From Octopus vulgaris (taxonomy: Eukaryota), in the NCBI GenBank assembly GCA_951406725.2, contig OX597821.1, positions 70,370,001-70,434,000 on the forward strand: a stretch of 64,000 nt of DNA, in the 5' to 3' direction. The notes under the pieces are model-generated. The model saw nothing but the letters and a program-made list of their open reading frames with translations, ran no database searches and was not told where the DNA came from. The position numbers and the translations under genes are program-made. Each line of letters begins with the position of its first letter. Positions within the stretch are counted from its first letter, which is position 1. Below, in pieces: positions 37,051-51,324 of the stretch.

Positions 37051-38178
37051 CTCTCCTCTTAATTAAAAATTGTATTTTATACTCTTATAAAACTCTATAT
37101 GTGAATTCACCTAAACAAGTCTATTTTATATATGACCCACTGATAAATTTTTTTATGATTTTTATCCTTTAATTATGTTTGTATATGTGTGTGTGTGTGT
37201 GTGTGCATGTATTTGTGTGTGTGTGTACATACGTGTGTGTCTTCATGCGTGTGTGTCCAGCACCAATTCTTGACAACTGATGTTGATTTGTTGTTTATGG
37301 CCCTCATGACTTAGTGGCTGAGCAAGAGAGACTGATAGAATAGGTATCAGGCTAAAAATAAGACTTGGGCTTGATATGTTTGATGAAGCCTTTCTAGGTA
37401 GTGCTCCAGCATTGCCACAGTCAAATGACTGAAACTAGTAAAAGCTAACAACTAGCATTTCTTGGTTTAGAACATTAACTGTATTAGTGTTCACTTTGCT
37501 AATTAATCCTCCTGTAGTTTGGCCAATCAAAAATATTATGACCACTTGACAGAAATATTGCCAATCCCACCAAATACTATGAAGGAATGATTTTCTCCCT
37601 TGTATTAACTATCCAGAGGAACAGGAAGTCTTCTGTACTCCATCTTGCTTATCATAACTACCATGTCAAAAGCAAGAATAGAAATTATTTATGTGACATT
37701 TTGATCTCTTAGAAATAGCAAAGAAATCTCTCTCAAATCACACCCAGTTGTCTTAAATAAAAAAAAAAGGATATATAAGAAAATGTTATCCCTGATATAC
37801 AAAAAAAAATGCAGGGGGTGGTCATGAATGGAGTGTCTCTTAGCTAAGAGCTAAGCAACAACAATCACTATTAATGGAATTTAGTTAATTTAACAAACTA
37901 TAATAGAACTGACAAGATAACTTTGGTGTCATCATGAAGATTAAATGTTCTGTGAAGAAGTTTAGTGAGGCTGATTTTCTATGTTTGGATGCCTTTTCTA
38001 TCAGTGACCCTCATCTGTTCCCGAGCAAAGTAATATTTAGTCCTGGCCAGACATGTTTTTCATGAAAAGCTCCAAATGAACATCATTGCTTTTCTAATGA
38101 TGATGCTTGTTTATAGCCATCACATGACATCTAAACTACGGAGCACACAAACATACGCACATACATATATATATATGC

Positions 38179-38251
<73 letters not shown>

Positions 38252-38321
38252 CATATATATATGAATATATATATACATATGTGTATATATATATATACAT
38301 ATATATATGAATATATATATA

Positions 38322-38710
38322 GGCGCAGGAGTGGTTGCGTGGTAAGTAGCTTGCTAAGCAACCACATGGTTCGGGTTCAGTCTCACTGCATGGCATCTTG
38401 GGCAAGTGTCTTCTGCTATAGCCCCGGGCCGACCAATGCCTTGTGAGTGGATTTGGTAGACTGTCATATATGTATACATATGTATGTGTGTGAATGTGTT
38501 TGTGTGTCTGTGTTTGTCTCCCTAGCATTGCTTGACAACCATGCTGGTCTGTTTACGTCCCCGTCACATAGCGGTTCGGCAAAAGAGACCATTAGAATAA
38601 GTACTGGGCTTACAAAGAATAAGCCCCGGAGTCGATTTGCCCGACAAAAGGCGGTGCTCCAGCATGGCCGCAGTCAAATGACTGAAACATGTAGAAGAGT
38701 AAAGAGTATA
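38322..38710 (+). mobile_element. Octopus-type SINE (duplicate of 5641-6030)
   Basis: Same head, core and tail. Confidence 0.8.
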
Positions 38711-38726
38711 CATATATAAACATATG

Positions 38727-38772
<46 letters not shown>

Positions 38773-39224
38773 ACGGGTTTGTATGATTGTGTATAGAAGG
38801 ATATATTGTTGAAATACTCCTGACACAACCTGGGACCTTGAAGACTGCTATAATGCAAGAAAGTATACCAGTCCCTTAATATATTTTATATTCAATATTT
38901 CATCTATTCAATAAGACAATCAATATTTCATTTCATTTTACTATATATATATTATTTATACTATATATTCTATATTCTACATTAATATTATAAAGAAAAA
39001 ACAGACAGAGTTGGAATTTCTTTGAACAATATACATATATATATATATTATTAATTCTCAACTTGCCATCGAATATTACAACTTGGAATTTCTTTATGTG
39101 CCTTGTTCCTTGCATAAAACTTCATAAATATTTCTTCAAGCCAGCCTTCGAATTCCTCACTTTGCCACATATGTTCTACTTCAAACCAACTTTCCAGAGA
39201 TACTGAAGCTGCTCCAAAGCATCA

Positions 39225-39895
39225 TATTCTCTCCAGTGGCTCTTGGAACCAGCAAAAGAAAGACAAATTTTTCCACATATTTCACATTCACTACTTTTGT
39301 CTGCAGCTTTTGATGATTCTGTTTGCTTCCTCTTCCAAATTGCTCTTTTGTATGAAATGTGTTGAATTCTTCGCTAAACCCTCAAAGATTTTTTCTCCAC
39401 TTTGCTCTATCAGTAGATCACTCTTCCCTGTTCTCAAGAGAAATAGCACATTTCTTGACATTCATCTTATAATAAAATTACTGTTTGGATTGTGAAGTTT
39501 TCCGCTTTCCATATTTCAATTCCCCAGAAAACACATTCTTTACAATTCTAGTACTACTCATTCAGACAAGATGTCCACTCCACCTTAAAGCACACCGAAT
39601 GATAACAGCTTTGATGCCGCTCATTTGAGTTTTTTTTCTAGAACTTCGTTGTCCAGGGTATGTGTGGTCCAGTTCACATTGAGTGTATATCTCAAGCAAG
39701 CGTGCTTGAAACTGTTTGAGCCTTTTTACTTGGTGTTTGTAGATCATCCAAGTTTCACAGCCACACAATTCTGTGTGAGTTGTGAACCCACAATCATCAG
39801 CATCGAACAGTCTCCTAACAAAAGACTCAAATATCCTAGTGTCGTCTCCTGACGTTGAACATATTTCCACAGGGTTCTTATTCTGATGTAGATTC
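39225..39895 (-). mobile_element. RTE/BovB-like LINE 3' fragment (duplicate)
   Basis: ORF 39562-39870: ADDC..CGCETW..ALRWSGHLV. Confidence 0.75.
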
Positions 39896-41309
39896 CTTTA
39901 GTGTTACTTTCGAATGCTCCCATGAATATTATTATGGTTTTCTGTTAAATATAGACTCAATGTATGCTTAATATGTATCATTACCCTTCATTTTCTGGAA
40001 AAAAAAACTATGTCTAGATGGGCTATTTTCATTGAAAAGCTATTGGCATGGTTCATCCAAAAAGTGAAGAATCTTAAATAAAAAAGAAGGGCCATTATAC
40101 AGAATAAGGAAAACATAACAATGGTGTTGCCATGGGAAACGTTTTATCAAAACTGATTCACAGAAAACCAAGAAATCCCAAATTTCACTCCTAAGCAGGA
40201 TGGATGTGGTTCTGGATGTATGTGGGTGCACTTTTATATCAAGTTATAAAAACAATTTAACATTGAACCGAAGAGTTAGTAAATACTTTGCACTCAGTCT
40301 ATATTTATCAAACATGTCCAAGCGGAAGAGTGACAGTGACTTGGAAGCTTTTGCATGGCTCTCTTTCACTGGACTAGTCAATGACGGCTAGCACCATCTG
40401 AAACATCAAAATCAATGTCATCATTCTTTTTGTAAGCGTATAATGTATATATGCATGTAAAACAGGCTTCTTTCAGCTTCCACCTACCAAATCCACTCAC
40501 AAGGCTTTGGTCAGCCTGTGGCTGTGTAAAAATCTCTATCTAGGCTGTACCATAGGATGCCCCTATTCATAGGGGCTTCGGTTGCACATACTATAGGAGA
40601 CACAGTGTACTGCTCCATGTGGTGCAGCAGTTTGTATCTAACTAGGAATATTAGGGTCTCATCCATTGTCTTATATTCAAGATCCTCTGCATGACATCCT
40701 GCTAGTTCAAAGCCAGGAATCTGATCTGTTACGTCCTGCCAATGCTTTGATTTATTGTCATTAAGGTTTTGTCTGTCTCTTACCTGGCCTGGTAAGACCT
40801 ACCTGAAGATTGCTCTCCCTCCAGCACAGTTCTCCTGGTCAATGGAGCACACAGGCACTTCACCACGGCAAGGTACTTGTTGAAATTGGCCGTTGACTAC
40901 ACAGTAGTTCTTTTGCCCTTTGACAGGTTTTATTTTTTGTCCCTCAGTGTGTCCAACAATCCCCCCTCCTCACCAAGCAAGCTTAATGGGGTTGCCAATG
41001 ACCTGACTATGTGACAGGTTGTACTGGCCTACATGTTACCAGTAGCACTCAAGAGTGACCTGAAACAAAAGATTGAACCAGTGACCACATATTTGAGAAG
41101 TAAGCTTCTTAACACATAGTCACACCTGCCCCAATCACAACCACAAAGTGTAATTTCATTTAGTTATTATCCTATAGCCATCCTAACAAAATACTAAGCA
41201 CTGTAACCACTCTAACTAAATATGCATTATTACCATTATTGCCATTACTGCACATTATTACCATTATCAGGATCAGAATCACTCAGTAAAGAGTATACAT
41301 ATACATTTA

Positions 41310-42662
41310 CAGAGTGGTTGGCATTAGGAAGGGCATCCAGCTGTAGAAACTCGGCCAGATCAGATTGGAGTCTGGTGCAGCCATCTGGTTCATTAGACCT
41401 CAGTCAAATTGTCCAACCCATGCTAGCATGGAAAGCAGACGTTAAATGATGATGATGTAAATCGACTTAACTTGCTTCTCATTACATTCACTCTTTTACT
41501 TGTTTTAGTCATTTGAATGCAGCCATGCTGGAGCACCGCCTTTAGTCAAACAAATAGACCCCTGGACTTATTGTTTATAAGCCTAGTACTTATTCTATCA
41601 GTATCTTTTGTCGAGCTGCTAAGTTATAGGGTTGAAAACACACCAACATCAGCTATCAAGCAATGGTGTGGGGGACAAACAGACATACACACACACACAC
41701 ACACATATATGCAATGGGCTTCTTTCAGTTTCCGTCTACCAAATCCACTCAGAAAGCTTTGGTCAGCCTGAGGCTATAGTAGAAGACACTTGCCCAATGT
41801 GCCACGCAGTGGGACCGAACCCAGAAGAATGTTGTTGGGAAGCAAGCTTCTTACCACACAGCCACTACTATGCCTATGGCACCTGTGCCACTGGTATGTA
41901 AAACCACCAATTACGCTCTTGGCGTTAGAAAGAGCATCCAGCCATAGAAAACCATTCCAAATCAGATTGGATCCTGGCATGCCAGCCCAGTCAAACCGTC
42001 CAACACATGCCAGCATGGACAATGGACATTAAATGATGATATGTATACGACAGGCTTCTTTCAGTTTCCGTCTACCAAATCCACTCACAAGGCTTTGGTC
42101 AGTTTGAGGCTATAGCAGAAGAAACTTGCCCAAGGTGCCACACATACAACACAGTCACATCTGTACCTATGAAATGTTATCAGCAGGCAGCGATGGGAAT
42201 TGAACCCATACCTCTCAGAGACAAGCTGAGTATTCTACCACTAAGCTAAAAATCCCACTACGTGTAGATTCAGATTATATGTTATATGCAAGGCAGCGAG
42301 CTGGTAGAAACATTCAAATTCCGCTGAGATCAACTTTGCCTTTCATCCTTTCTGGGTCAATAAAGTAAGTAGCAGTTATGTACTGGGGTTGATTTAATCG
42401 CCTGACCCCCACCGCCAAATTTTGTGCCTTGTGCCTAGAGTAAGAAAGACTATGTTAAAAAAACACAAAAATCAACAGTAACCCATTCCACATATTTCTA
42501 TATAGTGGCTGTATGGGGAGAAGCTTACTTTCCAACCACATGGTTATGGGTTCAGTCCCACTGCATGGCACCATGGGCAGGTGTCTTCTACTATAGCCTA
42601 GGGCCAACCAAAGACTTGAGGAAATTTGGTAGATGGAAACTGAAAGAAGCTTATTGTATATG

Positions 42663-42716
<54 letters not shown>

Positions 42717-42865
42717 GATGTTTGTGTGTCTATATCTGTCCCCCTACCATCGCTTGACAACTGATGTTGGTGTGTTTATATCCCTGTAACTGGGGTCGAT
42801 TTGTTTGACTAATGGTGGTGCTCCAGCATGGACGCAATCAAACAACTGAAACAAGTAAAAGAGTA
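41310..42865. mobile_element. SINE cluster (duplicate of 8615-10165)
   Basis: Same order and orientation of elements. Confidence 0.75.
42186..42256 (-). pseudogene. tRNA-like pseudogene (duplicate)
   Basis: Copy of 9501-9571. Confidence 0.6.
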
Positions 42866-44703
42866 TATACACTCATTTTCTATGCCTAGTTAGGTTATTC
42901 TACATTCATTTTATTTTGAGATTCTCTAAGCACTGCTTCAGCATGTCCAGAGAAGTTTATGCTTCACTGAAGAAATCCAATATGATAGAAATATGTCTTG
43001 AGTTGTCTCCCACTTGCTGAAATGATTAAAATATTATCAACTATTGAACCAATGTCCTTCCCTTCTATTTGATTTATTCAATTAGATTCTACTTTCTTTC
43101 TTCATTAGATGCATCCATTCTTATAACAAATATGGCAAAAACCTGGGTGGGTGTGACCACTTATCTAACATAACATCGCATATGAAATACATTTTCCATA
43201 AAATCACCCACAAAATGGCGTATAATAACATCATCATAACATAGTATTTAGCTAATTGCTTCAAGACAGAGCAGCTAAATGTCCCTCAAATCACATCATA
43301 ATTTTAAATAAATGGGAAGGACACATTTGATTATTTAGTTGTAGAGACACAGAAAAATATAAGAAATGTCACAGCTGGATTGCTGAGTTTCAACTAAAAT
43401 AACATAACAACTGTTAAGATGCTGTGATATTATCTCAAATTAGTAAGATACGTAATTTATAAGGCGGTCAGTTGGCAAAATACCATCATTACATTCTGAG
43501 TTCAAATACAGCTGGGATCGGCATTGCTTTTCAAATTCTACCAAGGTGAACTTTGCCTTTCATCCATTTTGAAGTAGATTAAATAATCACCAGTTGAGCA
43601 CTGGTATTGATGTAATTGACTCCATCCTCACCCCCGAATTGTAGGCCTAGTGTCAAAATTTGAAACTAATATATATATGTAGTTATATATATATAAGGGG
43701 GCAGGTGTGGATGCATGTTAAGAATCTTGCTTCCCTATTATGTGGTCTTGGGTTCAATAGCTCTTGAAAAGGTTGCAAGACAATGAAAATTTTAGTAAAA
43801 AGTAAATAAGTAAATGAGTGGAAATCAGACCGATGAGTGTGTCAAATTAATAAGACACTAAAAGCAAATGACTCACCCCCAGACACAATAAAATAAGTTT
43901 CAACACATAAAGAATCTTGCAAACCAAATACTAAAAACAAAATATATGTATATATATATATCATTATCATCATCATCATTTAACGTCCGCTTTCCATGCT
44001 AGCATGGGTTGGACGATTTGACTGAGGTCTGGCGAACCAGACTCCAATCTGATCTGGCAGAGTTTCTACAGCTGGATGTCCTTCCTAATGCCAACCGCTC
44101 CGAGAGTGTAGTGGGTGCTTTTACGTGCCACCGGCATGAGGGCCAGTTTGGTGGTACTGGCAATGGCCACGCTCAAATGGTGCTTTTTACGTGCCACCTG
44201 CACAGGAGCCAGTCCAGTGGCACTGGCAACGACCTCGCTTGAATGTTTCACATGCCACCAGCACAAGTGCTAGTAAAGCGACGCCTTACTAGCACTATAT
44301 ATATATAGGTAGGTACAATAAATTCAGGGTGAATACTTGATAAGTGTAAGCACCTGTATATGCCAGTTAGTAGCAAAGGTGAGAGGGTATATGCATCAAA
44401 TGAAATAAAAAATAGAACACAAAGGATGTTGCTGTTTCAAGCTTTATACAACAACCTAATTTTACATCAATGTATAATCAACATAACAGATGGTTTAAAG
44501 CCCTCTTCAGCTGCATAGAATTGCTATACGAAAGACTTCCATCACATTATGAAAATGTACATTTTGTATTATCTATAATGGTTGGTATATTGAGTTGCAC
44601 TGAGAAAGTTTGTAAATCTTCATAATCAAATAGGTATATAGGGTATCATTGGACTTCAAAAATCCGTCCATACTCTATCATCAGTCAACATATATATATA
44701 TAT

Positions 44704-44998
44704 ATCATCATCATCGTTTAACGTCCGTTTTCCGCGCTAGCACGGGTTGGACGGTTTCGACCGGGGTCTGGGGAGCTCGGGACTGCCCCAGGCTCCAATC
44801 TAGTCTGGCAGTGTTTCTACAGCTGGATGCCCTTCCTAACGCCAACCACTCCGCGAGTGTAGTGGGTGTTTTTACGTGCCACCTGCACAGGTGCCAGAGG
44901 GGTCTGGCATCGGCCACGTTCGGATGGTGCTTTTTATAGAAATATAGGGGAGCACCAGTGGGGAGGGGTGGTTCAGAGAAATGATGACAGGTTCTAGA
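44704..44998 (-). mobile_element. Copy-specific (GAT)n-tailed SINE inserted in an (AT)n tract
   Basis: CpG-rich element absent from the paralogous sites at ~11990 and ~60790. Confidence 0.8.
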
Positions 44999-45033
<35 letters not shown>

Positions 45034-45035
45034 GA

Positions 45036-45123
<88 letters not shown>

Positions 45124-45199
45124 ATACACACAGATAAGTAAATAATCATTAAAATTTATTTAAATCTGAAATTATGCATTCAAATTAATTATTAATTAT

Positions 45200-45900
45200 A
45201 ATAATGTAAATATCTTATATTTAGTAGAGATGCCCTTTGCATTTTTCGATTCAAGGATCCTATAAGACATTCTACCGATCAGATGATGAATGTACTCTTG
45301 GAGAATTTCTTGCCAAGTTTCATGCAGTAATCTCAAAAGATCTGGCTTTGAGAATGCTTTGCTGTTCTTTTTATGAAGTGTCCTGTCCATTATGCCCCAG
45401 AGATGTTCAATCAGGTTCATACCCGGTGACTGGCTTGGCCATAGAAGCTTTTTAATGCCATTCTTTTCCAACGAATCTTGGCTCTTGCTAGCCATGTAAC
45501 AAGGAGCCCCATCTTCAATAAATACAGAATCGTCTGGTTGGCAGCAACTTTTTAATGCCAATTTCTTGATCAAAGAGTCTCTAGACCCATTCCCGACCAC
45601 TGTCAGAAAATACAGCAAATTTGGACTATTCAGAGAATATGATAGCGTCCTAAAGTGCTAGTGGCCACTCCATCATCTCCTGGCCTGATCCTTCCTCCAA
45701 TTGGCATTGGATGGTTGAAGAAGTTGCTTCCTTCTTGCTGCTCTTCCATTGTAGCCAAGTTTGTGGAGATATCTGACAGCAGTTCTGGGACAGATATGAA
45801 CTTGTTCTGCTATGTTAAATGTCTTGCAATGAGATTCATCCTCCACATTTCACTTAATAAAGCAAAGGAACCTGTCCGAGGTCCCTGGTCAACCTAAGCA
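45200..45900 (-). mobile_element. Decayed Tc1-family (DD34E) transposase (duplicate)
   Basis: ORF 45196-45618 carries the DGAP..WPSQSP..IE motif and ends ..NAKGISTKY. Confidence 0.88.
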
Positions 45901-47742
45901 ACGTTTTGCGTCATGTTTATTTACTTCTGTCACGTTTGTGTGTGTGTATATATATATATTTATACATCATGTATAAAGGAGTGAATGGGAGACTTGGGCA
46001 TACAATTATCTATAAATGATGAGATGGTTCTAAGTTAGAAGTTTTGATTCCAAACTTCCATGACAAATATATACAGCTATGGGGAAGAAATACCTTACTT
46101 GGAAACAAGTGACTGCTGTTGACAGGAAGAGCATCCAATTATAGAAAGTCTGCCTCAGTAAATTCCCCTAAACACATGCAAGCATAGAAAAGGGTACGTT
46201 AATTGATGATGCCTTATCCATAATTACCTTCACAAAATGCAGTTAATATTCTATGAGATTTGGATTATAACAGCTTCTAAAATAACAGAAACTGTTATCT
46301 GCAGATTGGCATCCATCGTGAAAACATTTGCCTAAAACTATTATCATAGAACATGGTGCAAAATTGGATAGAAAGAAGAGACTTCTTCAAAGAATAAGTC
46401 TAGGCTTGGTTTCTTCACTCTTAAAACATGCTACAGTCCATTTCTTGGCGTCATTGAATCCATTTCTTTAAAAGATGTCAAGCATCATGATTCTCCCCCT
46501 CTAAAAGCTTATTTCCTTTGGTCGTATGAGGTGGACGATTCAAAAGAACCTGATGAAACAGGCCAATTCAGGGAACACCAAATTCTAGCTTGACATGGTC
46601 AGTTGCTCTTCCTAATTCCAACCAGATTATAGATTTGAAATCATTTCCTACTCTACTACAAACAGATTTAGTGAAAAGCATTTATTTTTCAGACTCCTTG
46701 TATATACACTTGTATATTTAATCGAGTAAAATAAATTTCAAGAAATAGATAAAAACAAACAAAATAATTATTATAAAAATAATGTTTTATTTACATGTTT
46801 GGTAAAGTTTATTTACAAGGTGAAATATATACTAAAATATATTTTATACTTATATGAATATATATATATATAGAAAAGAATATTGACATGTCTGCTCATA
46901 TTTACATATTTTAGTGCATATTAAATAATTACAAGTAGAATTTTTTTACATATACATGCAAACACATGCATATATAGAGGGGTGTCAAATATTCATGATG
47001 TAAAACAGTTCTGAAAATATATGTGAAAAATAAAATTTATCAATTAAAACAGTGTATGTATATATATTTTATCAAAAGATCCATCATTATTTACAGATAT
47101 AAATTCATGCATAAAGTTTAAAATGATATGGAATTAATATATACATATACATACAAGTAAATTTATTTACAAGTTGAGACTTTTTAAATTTATTTATAAA
47201 AAATATAACCTACCAAAATGAAATTACATATAGATATGGAATTGATGTGACAATATTTACAAATATATATACGTATATTTATGTGAATAAACAGAACAAT
47301 GAGGCAAGGAGATACAGACATTATGATAAATACAAAAGATATTAAATGAATATATACACATCATCTATATAAGCTTTGTGATGCGGATAGTTTTAAAATG
47401 TTCTCCATTTTAAAAATATATCTACATATAAAAAGAACCAAATCACACTTGGAATATAGGAAATATAAATTCTTGTAGTGTAGTCTAATAATCCTTGTTG
47501 CATTAGATTGTTGTAGGAAGAGGAGCACAATTCGAAAAGAGGTGCAACAAGTGAATCAGTGCTATTCTGAGGAATCACACAACCCACTAGAAATGACAGG
47601 TAAATTCCTCAGCAAAACAAATTCTACCATTATACAAATAGGAAGAACACTTTAGTCTATATTCCTCTTGATATCTAAAATGACAGCTTCCTTTCACCAT
47701 TGAACTGTAGAGTCAGGATTTAGCCAGGATTAAACGCCTGAA

Positions 47743-50700
47743 TCAATTATTATGTCGGTCCTCAGCACATATTTCATGGTAAGTCTGAAATAGAAAATAA
47801 AATACTCTTAGATATTATTTATTGATAATCTTACATATTTCATATATCACACATCATAATATGATCAGATTAAACAGATGCAATTTATCATAAAACATCT
47901 AAGCACACATTCATTTATTTAACAGGGTAGTTAATGACAGTTATTAATTTCACCTTAATTATTCCTAATTAATTGCTAATATAAGAAGAAGATCAGACAT
48001 TAGAGGAAAGAAGGATTGAGTCAATGACATCACCCACACAAATTAACTGCTAATTATTTTAATCACTCTGGGAAAAAATAAAATGTTAAAGCAGGGTCCA
48101 ACAAGTTTACACTTGATTAATAAAATAGGAATAATAAAATAGAAATAATAAAAAAAAGAAAGACTTACCTTTCCATCTATATCAATGGCATCATTCAACT
48201 GCCATTCACCATCTTCATGATTGAAGAATTCAGTAAACTTTTCCTTACACACCAAACATACCTGTTGAACATGAAATCAGAAGGGATTAGAGAAGATTGT
48301 TTCAGCATTAAAAAAAACCCAGAGAAATGATAAGAGATTTATGGCCAGGATGATTTATGTGTCTGTAAATTCATATTAATTGAGTTGAACAATAACTTGG
48401 AATTGACTAATCTATAGAAATATCTGAAATAAATTATACCAATTACTAAAAGAGGAAATCGCCCAGGTATTTGTGGAGAGGAATTTACTTGTCGCACTCC
48501 TTATTCTAATGCTAGACATGAACTGATATAATTCTGGAAGGTGATGATGTACACAATCATGTGTAACTTGGAATTGCAATAAGTGAAAGACATCAAGATT
48601 GGCTAAAATAAGCTAAAGAATAAAAGTGCCAGAGGTAAGTGTCAGAAATGAACAGAGTCTTTTAATCCTGGGAATATGGCCATACCGGAGTATATCCATC
48701 AATGTATGTGACCAATCACCTCCACACCATTATGTACTTCATCCTGGCACATTGAATATATACAATGTTTTCACTGAACAGCTAAGTGAGAGGACACAGG
48801 TATAAACACATAAATATTACAGTACTTACTGCATAAATACTTATAATATTTCACAATATTTCTATGAATTCCTACAATATTAAATACAGGTTTGTATTTA
48901 TTTATAATTAGAATATATTTTAACATTAAAATATTTAGATTTCAAGCAACACATTTAAAAGTAAAACAACAATTTAAAGGAGAACAAACTAGAAATAAAA
49001 CTAGAAACGGATATACTTACATCATTTCCAGAATGTTTTGTCGGTCCTGTAATATTCTTTTTCTTATTCTGTTGGTGTATTCTTAGTTGAAGTTCAAACG
49101 GGTTTTCTGGAAAATAACCATAATAATAATCACATTAAAACACATAAAAAACGCCACGAAACAAATCAAAATATTACAACACAATTTCTTATTTTGGCCT
49201 GTAGACAATATACAACAACCAAAATAAGAGTATATTACTGACCAAACATTTTTATAATTCCTAGATTTACCTTCAGCATAATCTTCTTGCAGGTACCAGT
49301 GCCTGTGTTTGGAATAGTTTCTGTGTTTTGCAAAAGAGTTTTCCCTGAAATGTGCATCCATGTGATCGTTATCAATACTGGATCTCCTATCACCACAAAT
49401 CGAACATTGTTTCCCAGAGTAAAGTTTGTGGACGAGTGACTGAGAGACGCTGAAAGAGAAAATAATGTCGTTTAGTCAAGACTGAGAATATGTTTCATGC
49501 AAATAGAGATAAATAAATATATTAATTATGATGTGGATTAAGAAAGATTATAATTGAAAGAAAGATGAAATGAACTTACGTTGTGAAGTTTGTTGTATCA
49601 AAATTTGGTAAACTATTCCTCATCTTCTGTTGAGATACGGAAGGGTACATTGGTGGGAGGCTGGACTTCACTTTCAGCTCATTACCGTGTTCAAGTTTAT
49701 ACAGCTTCCATTTTGTTTGATTGGTGTTAACTTCCATCTTTGATTCGTTGTAATCTTTCATTGGTTCATTCTGAAATATAAGGTGAACGAAATTGTTTAT
49801 TAAAGACATCATACATATACAAGGGAAAGTGGGGGAAATGTGTGCGTGAAACTATCTGGGATCTCAATTCGCATTATTTTCCTTTGTTTATAATCGCATC
49901 CATCCTCATTGACACAACTGAAAATATATTTACATAAAAATATCCAGATGATTGAATAGGCAATGTGGGGTTTATAAATTCGTTAATTGACCAAATTACC
50001 AACGTATTAAAGGACCATTTCGTCCTTATTTACCTTTACTCTGAATAACTAATAAGCTAGCCACCTCCTTGTGAACAGAAAAGAATGAGATTTCAGCTAG
50101 AAATCCAACAAAGTAAGAACAATTCAAATATTTTGCTGTTCACCAAGAGATATAAAGAGTTTGTTAACTGTTATCGCTAACTTTTATAATATTCAATCTA
50201 ATTAACACTTTTAAAATTAATATAATACAATCGCATAGATTTATAATTTGAAAAAAAAAAATAAAGAAATAACAACATAAACATATTTACTTACATGGAA
50301 TGCTTTTACATCGCAAATCTCTCCATTCTGCTTATTTTTGAAAAAATCTTCCACATAATGTACTTTTAAATTACAAGTGTTGTCCTTAATTTTGTCTACG
50401 AGAGATTTAAAGCGAATTGTCGATTTTATCTTCAACTCGTTGCCATATTTCGCTTTATAATCTTTCCATTTTACTCGATTATTCTCTGATTTCCTTTCTT
50501 TTTCTTCACTTTTGTATTCTTGATTATTCTGAAAATATAGAAATAAAATCCAATAACGTATTAAAGAAACGATGAACTTGTGTCAGACATTTGAAATCTC
50601 AGAAACATTCCTATGAAAATACGAAAACATAAAAAAAACAAAAAAAATGGAGCAAGAACGGATTAAATATAATGATTGTGAAATTACCTGAACATTGTTT

Positions 50701-51324
50701 ACATCCGTTTCCATTTCAAGAGTACCTGAAGCATCAGGTTGGCCATATTGTTTATTTAATGTTGATAATCTCTGTCCATCTTGTACATGATTGCCGTTAA
50801 ATTCTGAAAATATAGAAACGTTAATTAATTTAATAACAGGAAATAATTTACGTATTAAACAAAGACTAACAATAGAAATCATGTATTTAAAGAGTAAAAT
50901 TATTAGCAAAGTACTTACCGTGTGTACTTCCATCAGGAGCCTGGAGTACTTTGTTTTGTTGAACAGCAGGTGGAATTGTTTGATATGAGTCCATAGACAC
51001 TATTGGGGATTGAAGCATTGAATTTGAATTGGTGGTGGTTGATTGCGATAAAAGCCATGGTTGCTTTTCATTTTGTCGTTGATAACGGCTTCTTGTATAC
51101 TGTGCATAATGCGATTGCTGCAAATTCCGATGTTGAAGATATCTTCTGCTGCCGTTTCCAAAGCCAGATAGGCTACGATGCCTTTGTAAGCAATAAGGCT
51201 GCCAACGGTTATTTCTGTAACGATGGTAGTTGTTAAAGTAGGTACCCGTGTTCGATACTTGATACTCTGGCTGGTTTTCTTTCCCTTCTCCTTTCCAAAT
51301 GTACCTGCTGTTATTTCGGTTCAT
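47743..51324 (-). CDS. PCF11: PCF11-like zinc-finger protein, copy E (8 exons, 448 aa)
   Basis: Exons (minus strand): 51324-50919, 50803-50688, 50528-50295, 49770-49580, 49449-49271, 49106-49021, 48261-48169, 47784-47743. Canonical splice sites, exon lengths identical to copy A, all Cys/His ligands retained. Confidence 0.85.
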
